In this document: positions 1-9,805 of the stretch, piece by piece
Layout of the letters: each line of letters starts with the position of its first letter
How positions within the stretch are numbered: position 1 is the first letter of the stretch
The notes under the pieces: generated by a model
Database searches by the model: none
The model's input: only the letters and a program-made list of their open reading frames with translations
Told to the model about the DNA's origin: nothing
Assembly (NCBI GenBank): GCA_036522275.1
Contig: DATDGC010000003.1
Location: 5,214-69,213, forward strand
Reading direction: 5' to 3'
DNA: 64,000 nucleotides
Source: Burkholderiales bacterium
Lineage (GTDB): Bacteria; Pseudomonadota; Gammaproteobacteria; Burkholderiales; JAHFRG01
Made by a program: the position numbers and the translations under genes

Positions 1-797
1 CCGGGTTTGGCAGCGGCCGCAGAAGAGGGTTTGTGCTCTGTTGTTGCCGCCTGGGGTTTAGTCTCGGCAGGCTTGGACTTGGGTTTAGCATCTGCTGATG
101 GTTTCGCTTCAGCTGATTTCGCTTCAGCTGCCAGTTTGACTTCTCCTGCTAATTTCATTTCTGCTTCCGATTTGGCTTCTGCTGTTGGTTTCATTTCAGC
201 TGACGGTTTGACTTCTGCAGCCGGTTTGGTTTCGGCTGCTGGCTTCATTTCAGCTGACGGTTTGACTTCTGCAGCCGTTTTGGCTTCGGCTGCTGGTTTT
301 GCTTCGGCCACCACTGGTTTGTGCTCAACGGGTTTCGGCTCTGCGGCAGGTTTGGCTGCGAATGCCGAGCCCGGAATGGTGTCCAGCGGTTGCGCTCGCA
401 TCGGCTGAGTAGCCTGTAAATTCTGCGCCACCCCCTCCGCCGCCTTGGGCGTGGGTTTGGGGTGTATCACCATGGTCTTTTCATAATCGCCGCCGGTGGC
501 CTGGCTTGGTTGTTCGTTTATGTACTTGAGCTTGTATTTGCCGAGTTCAATAACATCATTGTTTTGCAGGAAATGCTTTTTCACCATGTTGCCGTTCACC
601 AGGGTACCGTTGGTGCTGCCCAGATCTTCCAGGAACGAATCGTTAAGTATGGTGAAGATGACCGCATGCTCGCCGCTCACAGCAAGATTGTCTATCTGGA
701 TATCGTTGCCCGGCTTGCGGCCAATTGTGGTGCGCTCCTTGTTGAGGGTAATCTCCTTCAACACTAGGTTGTCCATGCTGAGAATTAACTTCGCCAT
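1..797 (-). CDS. FHA-domain protein, partial (C-terminus runs off the left window edge)
   Basis: Absent from the ORF track because the frame is still open at position 1. From the ATG at 797..795 (GAGGA about 5 nt upstream) the minus strand reads MAKLILSMDNLVLKEITLNKERTTIGRKPGNDIQIDNLAVSGEHAVIF...LEDLGSTNGTLVNGNMV. That is the FHA core pattern (GR, S..H, STNGT..NG). A long Ala/Glu/Lys/Pro low-complexity tail follows. Confidence 0.8.
   Translation of the reverse strand, partial: MAKLILSMDNLVLKEITLNKERTTIGRKPGNDIQIDNLAVSGEHAVIFTILNDSFLEDLGSTNGTLVNGNMVKKHFLQNNDVIELGKYKLKYINEQPSQATGGDYEKTMVIHPKPTPKAAEGVAQNLQATQPMRAQPLDTIPGSAFAAKPAAEPKPVEHKPVVAEAKPAAEAKTAAEVKPSAEMKPAAETKPAAEVKPSAEMKPTAEAKSEAEMKLAGEVKLAAEAKSAEAKPSADAKPKSKPAETKPQAATTEHKPSSAAAAKP
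187..294. repeat. Tandem 54-bp duplication inside the FHA-protein tail
   Basis: Copies 187-240 and 241-294 are 51/54 identical (ggYttcatttcagctgacggtttgacttctgcagccgKtttggYttcggctgct). They sit in a longer tract of about 18-nt periodicity (about 60-400) that encodes (A/S/T)AE(A/V/M)KP-like units. Confidence 0.8.
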
Positions 798-804
798 AAA
801 TTCC

Positions 805-1641
805 TCACACTTTCGCTAACCTGAACCATGATGATAACTGGCTTATCCAGTCCATACTAGCAGGAAAATTGCGCAATACCCGTACCAGAATCACCGATAC
901 GTTGTCGCGCCCGCCATTATCGTTGGCCATTTGCACCAACTGCTGGGATGCGAGCTGCACATTGGCTTGCAGGCTCGACACTATAAGATGAATTTCGTCA
1001 TCCTCCACCATATCGCTCAACCCGTCCGAGCACAACAGGTAGACATCCCCCGCTTCTACCTCATAGGTATGAATTTCGGGCTCGACTTCGGGATCTATTC
1101 CCAAGGCGCGTGTCACCAAATTTTTGTTCTGGGAGAGCCTCGCCATTTCCTCAGTAATCATGCCGGAGTCAATTTGTTCCTGCAACAGCGAATGATCCCG
1201 TGTAATCTGCTTAAATTCGTCCTGGCGCAAGCGGTACAAACGCGAGTCGCCGATATGCGCGACGCTTAAGTAGTTATCATAAAACAAACCAACCACCAGG
1301 GTGGTGCCCATTCCAGCATATTGCGGCTGGCTTTTCGCCGCCTGGTAAATCGAAGTATTGGCGCCGGCAATCTGCTCCCTCAGTATTTTCACTGCCAGCG
1401 TTTCACCACTCTCCGGCTCGATCCTGCCGGGCTCGGCGCCGTCCAGGACCTGCTTCAAACTGGTGCCCAGCATGGCGGTAGCGATGCCGCTCGCCACTTC
1501 ACCGGCATTATACCCGCCCATGCCGTCGGCGAGGACAACAAATCCGCTTGCGGCATCTACCGTGATACTGTCCTCGTTGTGCGTACGCACCATGCCCGAG
1601 TCGGTAGCGGTAGCAACTTCCAGAGCCTTGCTCAAGTCCAT
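805..1641 (-). CDS. PP2C (PPM) family Ser/Thr protein phosphatase
   Basis: 278 aa with PPM motifs RTHNEDS, LADGMGG, GMGTT, HIGDSRLY, LLCSDGLSD and GGRDNVSVILV. Lies 9 nt downstream of the kinase gene and 7 nt upstream of the FHA gene. Confidence 0.92.
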   Translation of the reverse strand: MDLSKALEVATATDSGMVRTHNEDSITVDAASGFVVLADGMGGYNAGEVASGIATAMLGTSLKQVLDGAEPGRIEPESGETLAVKILREQIAGANTSIYQAAKSQPQYAGMGTTLVVGLFYDNYLSVAHIGDSRLYRLRQDEFKQITRDHSLLQEQIDSGMITEEMARLSQNKNLVTRALGIDPEVEPEIHTYEVEAGDVYLLCSDGLSDMVEDDEIHLIVSSLQANVQLASQQLVQMANDNGGRDNVSVILVRVLRNFPASMDWISQLSSWFRLAKV

Positions 1642-1650
1642 GAGCCCCTT

Positions 1651-4218
1651 TCAAACGCTGATATCCACCATTTCCTGGTTTGCCATGCATTGCTTGAGCG
1701 CTTGCGCCATTTCCGCACCCGTTTGATAGCGTTCTTCGACTTGCTTGGCCAGGGCCTTGTTGATGATGATGACCAGGCACTCCGGCAAATCCGGATTGAT
1801 GCTTAGAATATCGGTAGGCGGCTCGTTAGCGATCTTGAACATGAGTTGCGCCATGGAATCCCCCTCAAACGGCAATTTCCCGCACGCCAACTGGTACAGG
1901 CTCACCCCCAGCGAGAACAGATCTGAGCGGCCGTCTATCTTTTTCCCAGCCAATTGCTCCGGAGACATGTAAGAAGGGGTGCCGAGCACCATGCCGGTCT
2001 TGGTTTTGCTAGAGTCGGTAATGCGCGCAATGCCGAAGTCGGTCACCTTGAGCATGTCGCTTCCCGGCTCGTACATCACGTTCGCCGGCTTGATGTCACG
2101 GTGGACTACGTTCTGAGTTTGCGCATAAGCCAGAGCATCGGCAACCCTGGCGACAATGCTCATCACCTTGGGAAGCGGGAGCAGGTTGTCCGGCTTGGTA
2201 TAAGGCACCAGATCTTTGCCTTTCAAAAACTCCATCGCGATATACGCCAGATCATGCTCTTCCCCGGCATCGAAAATGGTCACAATATTGGGATGGTTGA
2301 GGCGCCCGGCGGTTTCCGCCTCGCGGAAGAAACGCGCTTTCACGTCTTCCAGTTCGTCGGCATCAAACTCCTGGGAAAGCGCCAATGTCTTGATCGCCAC
2401 CACGCGGCTGATTTTGGGGTCCTTGCCCAAATACACCACACCCATCGCGCCCTTGCCCAGCTCTTTTTCCACCTGATAGCGACCGAGCATCGGTTTTTCC
2501 ACCTGCCCGCCTTCAAGAATGAGGGTGCCGCCGGGGTGGCTGGCGCCGGCACCGCCGAGAATCACGGTCTCAGACATCTGCTTGGCGCGAGTAAGCTTCT
2601 GTCCCAGGTCCTTGTACTTGGGGTTGTACTCGCTCATGTGGCGGTACACCGATTCCGCTTTGTTGAACTGGCGCTTGCGCTCGAAATCCAGCGCCAGGTT
2701 ATACAGCAGGTCCATGATGCTGTCATCCCTGGGGAGTTTGCGGAACTTGTCGAAAGCAATGTCAAGCTGGCCCTGCCCCTGAAACGCCAGCCCCAGCATG
2801 CGGTTCGACTCCGCCGATTCCGCTTCGGATTTCTCCTTGCCTCTTTCGGTCACCAGGAAGCGCTTGGTGGTAAGCAGCAAATGGCCAACTAAAAGCAACG
2901 TCGCCGGCAACATCAGCTGCAGCCATGTCGTCTTGCCGACCATCAACGCGAAATGCGTGCCAAGCAGGGCGGTAAGCAAGGCAAAGGTAATGATTGCCGC
3001 CATTCCTGCCTTGAGCCTGGGAAGCAGCAAGATTAGATAGAGCGCGATAATCAGGAACACCAGCCTCTCCACCCAGGGAGCCCAGGTCGGCACGACAAAG
3101 AAATCTTCCTTGAGGATGCTCGAGACCGAATGCGCAAGCGTCAGCACCGGCGCCATCGCCGGCGAGATGGGCGTAACCTGCATTGCTCCGACCCCGGCGG
3201 CGGTGGCGCCAATCAGCACGATTTTGTCACGGTACTTGTCGGCGGGAATCTTGCCAGTGTAAACGTCATAAAACGAATCCACTGGGAAGGCAGGCCGGTT
3301 ATCCCGGTCCTTGTAAAAATATGTGTGCATCTGCAGGAAGGGATCGGTGGGGATGTTCAGGTTGCCAAGTTTGATCCCTTCACCCAGGCGCAACATGATG
3401 TCGCTCGGCTGGAGGTTGAGGCTTTTCGCTGCCAGCATCAAAGACAGGGATGGGAAAAACTGATCGTAATAGCGCAGCACCAGCGCCTCGGTGCGGATAC
3501 CACCGTCCACGTCCGGATTGGCGTTCAAATGCCCCATACCCACCGCATTCTGGCCGAATTCGGCCAGCGGGATAAGTGCGTTCATCGTGGGATTAGGAAG
3601 CTGGTCGTTGGATACCGCGGAGATATTATCCTCGACCTTGGAAAGCTGGTTTTTTACCACGAACTCCGGCAAAGGTTGGTCCGGCTTGCCCAGAGGTTCG
3701 CCGAGCTCGAACAATATGGCAAGCAATACGTTGTTTGCCTTTTGTATACTCTCTGCGAGCTTGCGGTCGGTATTGAGGTTCTGCTCGGCTTCCTTGAGCT
3801 GCGCGTCAATCTGCGAAAGAACCTGCTGTGCCGCCGGATCCGCGAGGTCCTTTAAACTTGAATCCGCATACAGCTGTGTAAGCTTGTTGATGTAATTGAG
3901 CCCAGGGTCAACCTGGGGCTCGGAAAAAAACACGGTGTTGCCGATGACCTTGGCCTTGGCGCCGGCAAGGAGGTCAATCATCTTCGCATGCACTTCGCGC
4001 GACCACGGCCAGCGCCCGATGTTGGCAATGCTCTGATCATCAATCGCGATTACTGCGACTTTCTCGCTCGGATTGCGCGACGACGATGCCTTGACCCCGA
4101 GGTCATAGGCTTTGCGCTCCAGGCTTTGAATCAAATCCCCGCCGCCCGCGAAAAATAGCACGATGGCGACGATCAGCACGAGAAACCAGTCGGCTATCCA
4201 GAATGCGCGCCTTTTCAT
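1651..4218 (-). CDS. CHASE2 sensor domain / transmembrane Ser/Thr protein kinase
   Basis: 855 aa. An N-terminal TM helix is followed by CHASE2-like sequence (KVAVIAIDDQSIANIGRWPWSREVHAKMIDLL). A hydrophobic block sits near residues 385-460, then a TPR-like stretch. The C-terminal Hanks kinase domain has GKGAMGVVYLG, VAIK, HRDIKPANVM, DFGIA and GTPSYMSPEQ. Confidence 0.9.
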   Translation of the reverse strand: MKRRAFWIADWFLVLIVAIVLFFAGGGDLIQSLERKAYDLGVKASSSRNPSEKVAVIAIDDQSIANIGRWPWSREVHAKMIDLLAGAKAKVIGNTVFFSEPQVDPGLNYINKLTQLYADSSLKDLADPAAQQVLSQIDAQLKEAEQNLNTDRKLAESIQKANNVLLAILFELGEPLGKPDQPLPEFVVKNQLSKVEDNISAVSNDQLPNPTMNALIPLAEFGQNAVGMGHLNANPDVDGGIRTEALVLRYYDQFFPSLSLMLAAKSLNLQPSDIMLRLGEGIKLGNLNIPTDPFLQMHTYFYKDRDNRPAFPVDSFYDVYTGKIPADKYRDKIVLIGATAAGVGAMQVTPISPAMAPVLTLAHSVSSILKEDFFVVPTWAPWVERLVFLIIALYLILLLPRLKAGMAAIITFALLTALLGTHFALMVGKTTWLQLMLPATLLLVGHLLLTTKRFLVTERGKEKSEAESAESNRMLGLAFQGQGQLDIAFDKFRKLPRDDSIMDLLYNLALDFERKRQFNKAESVYRHMSEYNPKYKDLGQKLTRAKQMSETVILGGAGASHPGGTLILEGGQVEKPMLGRYQVEKELGKGAMGVVYLGKDPKISRVVAIKTLALSQEFDADELEDVKARFFREAETAGRLNHPNIVTIFDAGEEHDLAYIAMEFLKGKDLVPYTKPDNLLPLPKVMSIVARVADALAYAQTQNVVHRDIKPANVMYEPGSDMLKVTDFGIARITDSSKTKTGMVLGTPSYMSPEQLAGKKIDGRSDLFSLGVSLYQLACGKLPFEGDSMAQLMFKIANEPPTDILSINPDLPECLVIIINKALAKQVEERYQTGAEMAQALKQCMANQEMVDISV

Positions 4219-4436
4219 CCCTGAACTCCTTTTTATTTTTTTGTAGGTGAGCTGTTGAGTTTTAGTTTACACATTTTACGATATTCATTTGTAAAGTATA
4301 CGTTTTTTTGCATCGTAAAGCGCGTCCGAATGCCGGCAAATCGGTTTCGGCATACAGAGGTTTACAGCAAATACTCCTTGAATAATTCTGTTAAACGATA
4401 AAATTCAAAGAAATAAAACATTAATCCAGCAGGCAA

Positions 4437-5120
4437 TCAAGCTCTGCCGTGAGTTGCTTTAAGCCATGCGCCGGTTGCGACAACGAAAAGCGCGCCGCCA
4501 ACCGGCGCAAGCAATATCAGGATATGCGCATGGATGTCTATCCAGTCGCTCAGCAAAGGGTCGCTCACCAGCATATCTCCTGCGATGTAGCCGAGCAGCG
4601 CAGCGCCCAGCGTGATGATGACCGGTAAGCGCTGCATCAGCTTGAGAACCAGCGTGCTGCCAAAAACTATCAGCGGGATGCTGATGGCAAGCCCGAGTAT
4701 CAGCAGTGTGATGTTGCCTTTGGCCGCCGCAGCGACGCCGATCACATTATCCAGACTCATCACCAAGTCAGCGACCATGATGGTCTTGATCGCGGAAAAC
4801 AGACGCTCGCTGCCTTGAATGCCGTCTCCATCCCCCTCTTCCGGCAGCAGCAGCTTCACCGCAATCCAGAACAGGAGCAGACTGCCGATGATTTTGAGCG
4901 AAGGCAGTGTGAGGAGCTTCACCGCAAAAACGGTGAGGATCACGCGCATCACGATGGCGGCAGCGCTGCCCCAGATGATCGCCTGTTTTTGCCTCCTGCC
5001 ATGCAGCGAGCGCGCAGCGAGCGCAATCACTACCGCATTGTCACCGGAGAGCACGATATTGACGCCGATGATTTGAAGGAGCCCGATCCAGAATTCCGGG
5101 CCGCTCAACATCGCGATCAC
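4437..5120 (-). CDS. TerC/YjbE family integral membrane protein
   Basis: 227 aa and polytopic. Carries the duplicated TerC signature (GDNAVVIALAA and SLDNVIGVAAAA). Confidence 0.85.
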   Translation of the reverse strand: MIAMLSGPEFWIGLLQIIGVNIVLSGDNAVVIALAARSLHGRRQKQAIIWGSAAAIVMRVILTVFAVKLLTLPSLKIIGSLLLFWIAVKLLLPEEGDGDGIQGSERLFSAIKTIMVADLVMSLDNVIGVAAAAKGNITLLILGLAISIPLIVFGSTLVLKLMQRLPVIITLGAALLGYIAGDMLVSDPLLSDWIDIHAHILILLAPVGGALFVVATGAWLKATHGRA

Positions 5121-5136
5121 GGATCAGTGTCCCGCC

Positions 5137-6813
5137 TTAAAACAACCCGACCACTTTGCCATCATCATCAAGATCTATTTTCTCCGCCGAAGGCACCTTG
5201 GGCAGCCCCGGCATGGTCATGATGTCGCCGCAGATCATGACGATGAATTCAGCACCCGCGGCGAGACGGACTTCCCGGACATTGACGGTGTACCCGGTCG
5301 GCGCGCCGCGCAGGCTGGCGTCCGCAGAGAACGAGTACTGTGTCTTCGCCACGCAGATCGGGTAGTGCCCGTAGCCATCCTCCTGCAGCTTCTTGATCTG
5401 CGCGCGCACCTTGGCGTCCGCCGCAATGTCCGCAGCGCCGTAAATCTTGGTGGCGATCGCCTTCATCTTGTCCCACAGTGAAGCCGATTCTTCGTAAACA
5501 AATTTGCAGCCCGCGGGCGCCTTGTCAACAATGCTCACCATGGTGCGCGCCAGCTCCTCGGCCCCCTTGCCGCCATCCGCCCAGTGTGTGGCAAGGATCA
5601 CCGGTGCCTCGTGGTGCGCCATCTTCTTTTTGAGCAGCTCGATCTCGGCCGGCGTATCGAAGTTGAAGCGGTTGATCGAGACCACGCACGGCAGACCAAA
5701 GTGGTTACGCACGTTGTTGACGTGTCGCTCGAGGTTGGCGATGCCCTTCTCCAGCGCCGCCAGGTTTTCCTTGTTGAAGTCAGCGCGATCTACCCCGCCG
5801 TGGTACTTGAGCGCGCGGATGGTGGCGACCAGCACCACCGCGGAGGGTCGCAATCCAGCCTTGCGGCATTTGATGTCGATGAACTTTTCCGCTCCGAGGT
5901 CGGCGCCGAACCCGGCTTCGGTAACGCAGTAGTCTGCAAGCTTCAACGCGGTTTGGGTGGCGATCACCGAGTTGCAGCCGTGGGCGATGTTGGCAAACGG
6001 TCCGCCGTGGATAAAAGCCGGGTTGTTCTCCAGCGTCTGTGCGAGATTGGGTTTCAGCGCATCCTTCAACAGCACCGTCATCGCGCCATGCGCGTTTAAA
6101 TCACGCGCCCTCACCGGTTTCTGCTCGCGCGTATAGCCGACCACGATGTTGCCAAGGCGGTTCTTTAAGTCTTTAAGCGAAGTGGCGAGGCAGAATATCG
6201 CCATCACTTCGGAAGCCACCACGATGTCAAATCCGTCCTGGCGCGGGTAACCGTTGCCTGTACCTCCCAGTGAAATCACGATTTCACGCAGCGCGCGGTC
6301 ATTCATGTCCACCACCCGCCGCCAGGCGATGCGCCGCACATCCAAGCCCAGCGCGTTGCCGTGGTGGATGTGGTTGTCCACCATCGCCGCAAGCAGATTG
6401 TTGGCCAGGCCAATCGCGTTGAAGTCGCCGGTGAAATGCAGATTGATATCCTCCATCGGCACTACTTGCGCGTAGCCACCGCCCGCAGCGCCGCCTTTCA
6501 TGCCAAATACCGGGCCGAGAGAAGGCTCACGCAGGCAAATCACCGCTTTTTTGCCGAGTCGATTCAAGGCGTCGCCCAGCCCAACGGTGGTGGTGGTTTT
6601 GCCTTCGCCCGCGGGAGTGGGAGTAATGGCGGTCACCAGAATCAGCTTGCCGTCAGGCTTATTGGCGAGACTGTCAACAAAATCCAGGGAAAGCTTGGCC
6701 TTGTAGTGGCCATAAGGCTCGAGATGTTCTTCGTCTATCCCGAGCTTTTCCTTCGCCAGTTGAGTAATGCGCTGCATCCTGGCTTTTTGCGCGATTTCGA
6801 TGTCCGTCAACAT
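5137..6813 (-). CDS. fhs: Formate--tetrahydrofolate ligase
   Basis: 558 aa, full length. P-loop [16 protein letters not shown] and a conserved FTHFS C-terminal region. Confidence 0.95.
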   Translation of the reverse strand: MLTDIEIAQKARMQRITQLAKEKLGIDEEHLEPYGHYKAKLSLDFVDSLANKPDGKLILVTAITPTPAGEGKTTTTVGLGDALNRLGKKAVICLREPSLGPVFGMKGGAAGGGYAQVVPMEDINLHFTGDFNAIGLANNLLAAMVDNHIHHGNALGLDVRRIAWRRVVDMNDRALREIVISLGGTGNGYPRQDGFDIVVASEVMAIFCLATSLKDLKNRLGNIVVGYTREQKPVRARDLNAHGAMTVLLKDALKPNLAQTLENNPAFIHGGPFANIAHGCNSVIATQTALKLADYCVTEAGFGADLGAEKFIDIKCRKAGLRPSAVVLVATIRALKYHGGVDRADFNKENLAALEKGIANLERHVNNVRNHFGLPCVVSINRFNFDTPAEIELLKKKMAHHEAPVILATHWADGGKGAEELARTMVSIVDKAPAGCKFVYEESASLWDKMKAIATKIYGAADIAADAKVRAQIKKLQEDGYGHYPICVAKTQYSFSADASLRGAPTGYTVNVREVRLAAGAEFIVMICGDIMTMPGLPKVPSAEKIDLDDDGKVVGLF

Positions 6814-6952
6814 GAATGCACCCTTTCTTTGAAAAACGGTTTCCCTCTAATCCGCTTGCAATTGAGACGGCTTGCAGGGCATGTTCTGGTTTATCCGGTA
6901 AGCCGGGTTGCAATGGCGGGAATGGCTCAACCCGGATCGAATTGTTTGCGAA

Positions 6953-9751
6953 TTATATGGCGAGCACCTGTCCGCCGCCAAAACTTGCGTGCTCGGGCTT
7001 TCGCCCACCGCGTTTCACTCTGACCGCACAGTACTTGAATTCGGGTATTTTGCCGACCGGGTCGAGCGCCGGATTGGTCAGCAGATTCGCCGCCGCCTCG
7101 TAAAAGCAGAAGGGAATAAACACCGTGCCGTGCGGCGTGCCATCATCGGCGCGCGCGTAGAGCGAAATTTTCCCGCGTCGGGATTCCACGGTAATCACTT
7201 CCCCCGCCTGCACGCCGATGGCTTCCAAATCTAAAGGATGGAGTGAAGCCACCGGTTCGGGCTCAATCGCATCAAGCACGCCGGCGCGGCGGGTCATGCT
7301 GCCGGTGTGCCAGTGCTCAAGCTGCCGGCCAGTAATCAGCACCAGCGGAAAATCGTGATCCGGCCGTTCGTTGGCTGGAATGATGTCTGCCGGCACAAAT
7401 CGTCCTCGGCCATTTGCAGTCGGGAAGTGGTCGGTAAACACTACCGGCTCTCCGGGATCGCCTTCGTGCTCGCAGGGATAAGTTACAGAGGACTCGCGCT
7501 CAAGCCGCTCCCAGGTAATGCCGGCGATGGAAGGCATGGCCTCGCGCATTTCATTGAACACGTCCTTCGGCCCCGAGTAATTCCAGTTGAGCCCCATGCG
7601 CCGCGCGATTTCCTGGATGATCCATAGATCGTGTCTTGCCTCGCCCGGAAGATCCAAAGCCTGCCGGCCAAGCTGCACCATGCGGTCGGTATTGGTCACC
7701 GTGCCGATTTTCTCAGGCCACGCTGAAGCCGGCAGGATGACGTCGGCGAGGTACGCAGTTTCGGTGAGGAAAAGGTCCTGCACCACCAGCCATTCGAGTT
7801 TAGCCAGCGCTTCGCGCGCATGCCTGAGATCCGGATCGGACATGGCGGGGTTCTCACCCATGATATACATACCGCGGATTTGCCTGGCATGCACCGCGTT
7901 CATGATTTCCACCACCGTGAGGCCCGGCTTGGGATCGAGTTTGGTGCCCCACAGCTTCTCGAATGCGCTGTGCACGCTTGCGTTGTCCACACTCTGATAA
8001 TCGGGATACATCATCGGAATCAGCCCTGAGTCGGACGCACCCTGCACGTTGTTCTGGCCACGCAAGGGATGCAGCCCGGTGCCCGGACGCCCCACCTGGC
8101 CGGTGAGCAGCGAGAGCGCGATCAGGCAGCGCGCATTGTCGGTGCCGTGCACATGCTGCGAAATGCCCATTCCCCAGAAAATCATGGACCCCTTCGAGGT
8201 GGCATAAAGCCTCGCCACCTCTTTGATCGTTTCTGTGGGAACGCCGCAAATCGGCGCCATGGCTTCAGGGCTGTAGTCTTCAACGTTTTTCTTCAGTTCT
8301 TCATAACCGCTGGTACGGTTCTTGATGAACTCCTCGTTCACCAGCCCTTCACGCACTATGGTGTGCATCATGGCATTCAGCAGCGCGACATCAGTGTCGG
8401 GTTTGAACTGCAGGAAGTAAGCCGCATGACGCGCGAGCTCCGAGCGGCGCGGATCGGCAACGATGAGCTTCACGCCCTTTTTCACAGCATTCTTGATCCA
8501 GGTGGCCGCTACGGGATGATTCACCGTCGGGTTGGCCCCGATTACAAACACCACTTCCGCTTTCAGCACGTCGCTGACCTGGTTCGACACCGCGCCCGAG
8601 CCGATGCCCTCGAGCAGCGCCGCCACGCTCGAGGCGTGGCACAGGCGTGTACAGTGGTCCACATTATTGCTGCCGAAGCCAGTGCGCACCAGTTTCTGGA
8701 ACAGATATGCTTCTTCGTTCGAGCCTTTGGCCGAACCGAAGCCGGCAAGTGCCTGCGGGCCTTGGGCATCGCGGATTTTTTTCAAATTGCCTGTTGCGAA
8801 CTCCAGCGCCTCCTCCCAACTCGCTTCGCGGAACACTTTCAGCACGTCTTCCGGATCCATCACGAAATCGGCGGACTTGGGAAAGCCTGGCTGGCGAATT
8901 AGCGGCTTGGTGAGCCGCTGTTTATGACTTACGTAATCAAAACCGTAACGGCCTTTCACACACAGCCGGCTATGATTCGCCGGGCCGTCTCGTCCTTGCA
9001 CGTAAAGAATCTTATTGTCCTTGACATGGTATGTGAGCTGGCAACCGACACCGCAATAGGGGCAAACCGAATCCACGGTCTTGTCCGGTTTTAGCAAGCC
9101 CACACTCCGGGCAGGCATGAGCGCGCCGGTAGGACAGGCCTGCACGCATTCGCCGCACGCGACGCAGGTTGACTCGCCCATTGGGTCGTCGAGGTCGAAC
9201 ACGATCTTGGAATGCTCACCGCGGAAGGCATAGCCGATGACGTCGTTGACCTGTTCTTCGCGGCAGGCGCGCAGGCAGCGCGTGCATTGGATGCAGGCGT
9301 CGAGATTCACTGCAATGGCGGGGTGCGAAACATCGGCTGCCGGTTGGTGGCGCGGGCTGAAGCGTGGTTTTCCGAGCTTGAGTTTTTTCGCCCACAGGCC
9401 GAGCTCGGAGTCGAGGGTATAGGATTGCCGCGGCATGTCGGAGAGAAGCAACTCCAGCACCATTTTCTGTGACGCCTGGGCCCGCGTATTGTCGGAAAAT
9501 ACTTCCATACCCTTCTTGGGAGTGCGGCAGCAGGAAGGCGCCAATATTCGCTCGCCCTTGATTTCCACCATGCAGACACGGCAGTTTCCGTCCGGACGCA
9601 GTCCGGGCATGTAGCAGAGACGCGGAATTTCCACGCCGTGACGCTCGGCTGTTTCGATAATGCTCTCGTTGCTGAAACCGGTGACGGTTTTGCCGTTCAG
9701 CCTGAACTCGATCACTTCCGATTTCAAAGACAATCCCTCTGGAGCGTTCAT
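6953..9751 (-). CDS. fdhA: NAD-linked formate dehydrogenase alpha subunit (NuoG-like Fe-S N-terminus plus Mo/W-bisPGD domain)
   Basis: 932 aa. Contains a 2Fe-2S motif (CYMPGLRPDGNCRVCMVE), 4Fe-4S motifs (CIQCTRCLRAC, CVACGECVQACP, CPYCGVGC) and a molybdopterin oxidoreductase body. The active-site region reads VDHCTRLCHASS, so the ligand is Cys and there is no in-frame TGA. Confidence 0.9.
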   Translation of the reverse strand: MNAPEGLSLKSEVIEFRLNGKTVTGFSNESIIETAERHGVEIPRLCYMPGLRPDGNCRVCMVEIKGERILAPSCCRTPKKGMEVFSDNTRAQASQKMVLELLLSDMPRQSYTLDSELGLWAKKLKLGKPRFSPRHQPAADVSHPAIAVNLDACIQCTRCLRACREEQVNDVIGYAFRGEHSKIVFDLDDPMGESTCVACGECVQACPTGALMPARSVGLLKPDKTVDSVCPYCGVGCQLTYHVKDNKILYVQGRDGPANHSRLCVKGRYGFDYVSHKQRLTKPLIRQPGFPKSADFVMDPEDVLKVFREASWEEALEFATGNLKKIRDAQGPQALAGFGSAKGSNEEAYLFQKLVRTGFGSNNVDHCTRLCHASSVAALLEGIGSGAVSNQVSDVLKAEVVFVIGANPTVNHPVAATWIKNAVKKGVKLIVADPRRSELARHAAYFLQFKPDTDVALLNAMMHTIVREGLVNEEFIKNRTSGYEELKKNVEDYSPEAMAPICGVPTETIKEVARLYATSKGSMIFWGMGISQHVHGTDNARCLIALSLLTGQVGRPGTGLHPLRGQNNVQGASDSGLIPMMYPDYQSVDNASVHSAFEKLWGTKLDPKPGLTVVEIMNAVHARQIRGMYIMGENPAMSDPDLRHAREALAKLEWLVVQDLFLTETAYLADVILPASAWPEKIGTVTNTDRMVQLGRQALDLPGEARHDLWIIQEIARRMGLNWNYSGPKDVFNEMREAMPSIAGITWERLERESSVTYPCEHEGDPGEPVVFTDHFPTANGRGRFVPADIIPANERPDHDFPLVLITGRQLEHWHTGSMTRRAGVLDAIEPEPVASLHPLDLEAIGVQAGEVITVESRRGKISLYARADDGTPHGTVFIPFCFYEAAANLLTNPALDPVGKIPEFKYCAVRVKRGGRKPEHASFGGGQVLAI

Positions 9752-9805
9752 CGTTTACCTCGCTGTAAGTGCGGCGCACTCACCGCACTCTGGACACATC
9801 TTACT

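Noticed and set aside
7-408. A plus-strand ORF of 133 aa with a repetitive Ala/Ser/Gly/Leu sequence.
   Set aside because: It is the mirror frame of the periodic tail of the minus-strand FHA gene. It has no start context and a low-complexity artefact composition.
780-841. A one-base disagreement between the printed sequence and the ORF-track translations. The track peptides ...SMLRINFAINSSHFR (496..819 +) and ...MDWISQLSSWFRLAKV (805..1641 -) require ...catgctg|agaattaac... at 780/781 and ...gataactg|gcttatcc... at 840/841. The printed line 781 reads as if it were shifted by one position, with an extra g at its start and one g missing at its end.
   Set aside because: The net length is unchanged and every other junction I checked agrees with the track. 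I treated it as a formatting or reading artefact, not as a frameshift or pseudogene. The PP2C and FHA genes were called in the ORF-track frame.
5121-5136. A manganese (yybP-ykoY) riboswitch upstream of the TerC-family gene.
   Set aside because: Only 16 nt separate the fhs stop from the TerC start, leaving no room for the element.
6814-6952. A possible ZTP (pfl) or folate-type riboswitch in the 139-nt leader of fhs, a gene class often controlled by ZTP riboswitches.
   Set aside because: The leader has an 8-bp hairpin (CCGGGTTG...CAACCCGG). I could not find the conserved pfl elements (the GGGUCGUGACUGGCG-like 5' part and the CCGCCUGGGC 3' part). A covariance-model search would be needed to be sure.
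6953-9751. Selenocysteine-containing formate dehydrogenase, which would show an in-frame TGA plus a SECIS element.
   Set aside because: The reading frame is uninterrupted and the active-site position reads Cys (HCTRLCHASS).
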